Origin: an uncultured Roseivirgaceae bacterium | GTDB lineage: Bacteria; Bacteroidota; Bacteroidia; Cytophagales; Cyclobacteriaceae | Length of the DNA stretch: 64,000 nt | Reading direction: 5' to 3' | Assembly: GCA_964538575.1 (NCBI GenBank) | Contig: CAZIGG010000001.1 | Location: 1,074-65,073 of the forward strand | Part shown: positions 63,555 through 64,000 of the stretch, piece by piece | Position numbering within the stretch: position 1 is the first letter of the stretch | How the letters are laid out: the number at the start of each line of letters is the position of its first letter | Position numbers and translations under genes: made by a program | The notes under the pieces: generated by a model | Database searches by the model: none | What the model saw: the letters and a program-made list of their open reading frames with translations, nothing else | Told to the model about the DNA's origin: nothing

Positions 63555-64000
63555 TTTTTCGCAACGTTCCGAAACCGCAGAGATCATGGACGACCTGAAT
63601 TGTTCAGGTCCTATGGTTGATCAGACCCTGGCCGAGCTTGAATTCATCAATACATGGCTCGGAGGGAATGCCGTTACACTTAGCGGGCTGAATAAAGTTT
63701 TAAAGAACTGCGCTTCTCCTTCACTAAAAATTGCTGACCTCGGCTGCGGAGGAGGTGATATGCTCATGTTAATTAAGGACCGGCTTGCAAAGAAGGGCCG
63801 TAAAGCCACACTTACCGGGATAGATGCAAATCCAAACATTGTTGCGTATGCAAAAAAGAATACTGCTTCTCACGATAATATAAATTTTAAAACCCTTGAT
63901 GTGCTTTCGGATGAATTCAGACCGGAGAGCTTTGATATTGTTTTTGCCACACTTTTTTTTCATCACTTCACCCGGGATCAGTTAATCGGTCTTTTCACCC
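63547..64000 (+). CDS. SAM-dependent methyltransferase (partial, runs off the window)
   Basis: Hand-translated: MPDFSQRSETAEIMDDL...KIADLGCGGGDML (motif I)...FDIVFATLFFHHF. The ATG overlaps the PKS stop (ATGCCTGA). Not in the ORF track because no stop lies inside the window. Confidence 0.75.
   Translation, partial: MPDFSQRSETAEIMDDLNCSGPMVDQTLAELEFINTWLGGNAVTLSGLNKVLKNCASPSLKIADLGCGGGDMLMLIKDRLAKKGRKATLTGIDANPNIVAYAKKNTASHDNINFKTLDVLSDEFRPESFDIVFATLFFHHFTRDQLIGLFT

Noticed and set aside
1-64000. Looked for CRISPR arrays, rRNA/tRNA genes, IS elements, integrases, toxin-antitoxin pairs, restriction-modification genes and long direct or inverted repeats.
   Set aside because: None recognised. 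The only repeat longer than about 30 nt is the duplicated junction at 13.5-14.0 kb, and no ORF shows transposase, recombinase or phage motifs.

Overview
The window reads as a gene-dense chromosomal segment of a Bacteroidota genome, probably Cytophagia- or Sphingobacteriia-like. The evidence is the uppS-bamA-ompH-ompH block, DUF6089/DUF3857/DUF2911-type genes, a MurF-Alr fusion, and TAnnTTTG -7 promoter boxes. About 60 genes are supported, mostly housekeeping: radA, rbfA, rpiB, tatC, glyA, pdxJ, nadK, uppS, bamA, skp x2, recX, nadC, gpmI, purEK, feoAB and murF-alr. I found no rRNA, tRNA, CRISPR array, transposase, integrase or phage gene, so I see no obvious defence island. Items worth a second look: (1) The only large ORF-free stretch (13603-13967) is bracketed by a duplicated copy of a tail-to-tail gene junction and carries four related GC-clamped hairpins. 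It could be an inserted non-coding element or an ncRNA. (2) At the right edge there is an agq/srs-like type III PKS, methyltransferase, UbiA prenyltransferase and flavoprotein cluster. (3) A metal/cation neighbourhood holds an ABC exporter translationally coupled to a Fur-family regulator, then TerC lying tail-to-tail with a protein that has TerB-like repeats and a LETM1-like C-terminal segment. (4) Perfect palindromes sit on the promoters of a TonB-dependent receptor gene and of radA. (5) An unlisted 40-codon membrane-peptide ORF has a canonical promoter box upstream of the LOG gene. (6) A class IV aminotransferase and a sulfotransferase-like gene form a tight pair, and there is an orphan HisA-like gene lacking the N-terminal catalytic Asp. 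All function calls come from motif recognition by eye; no database search was run.
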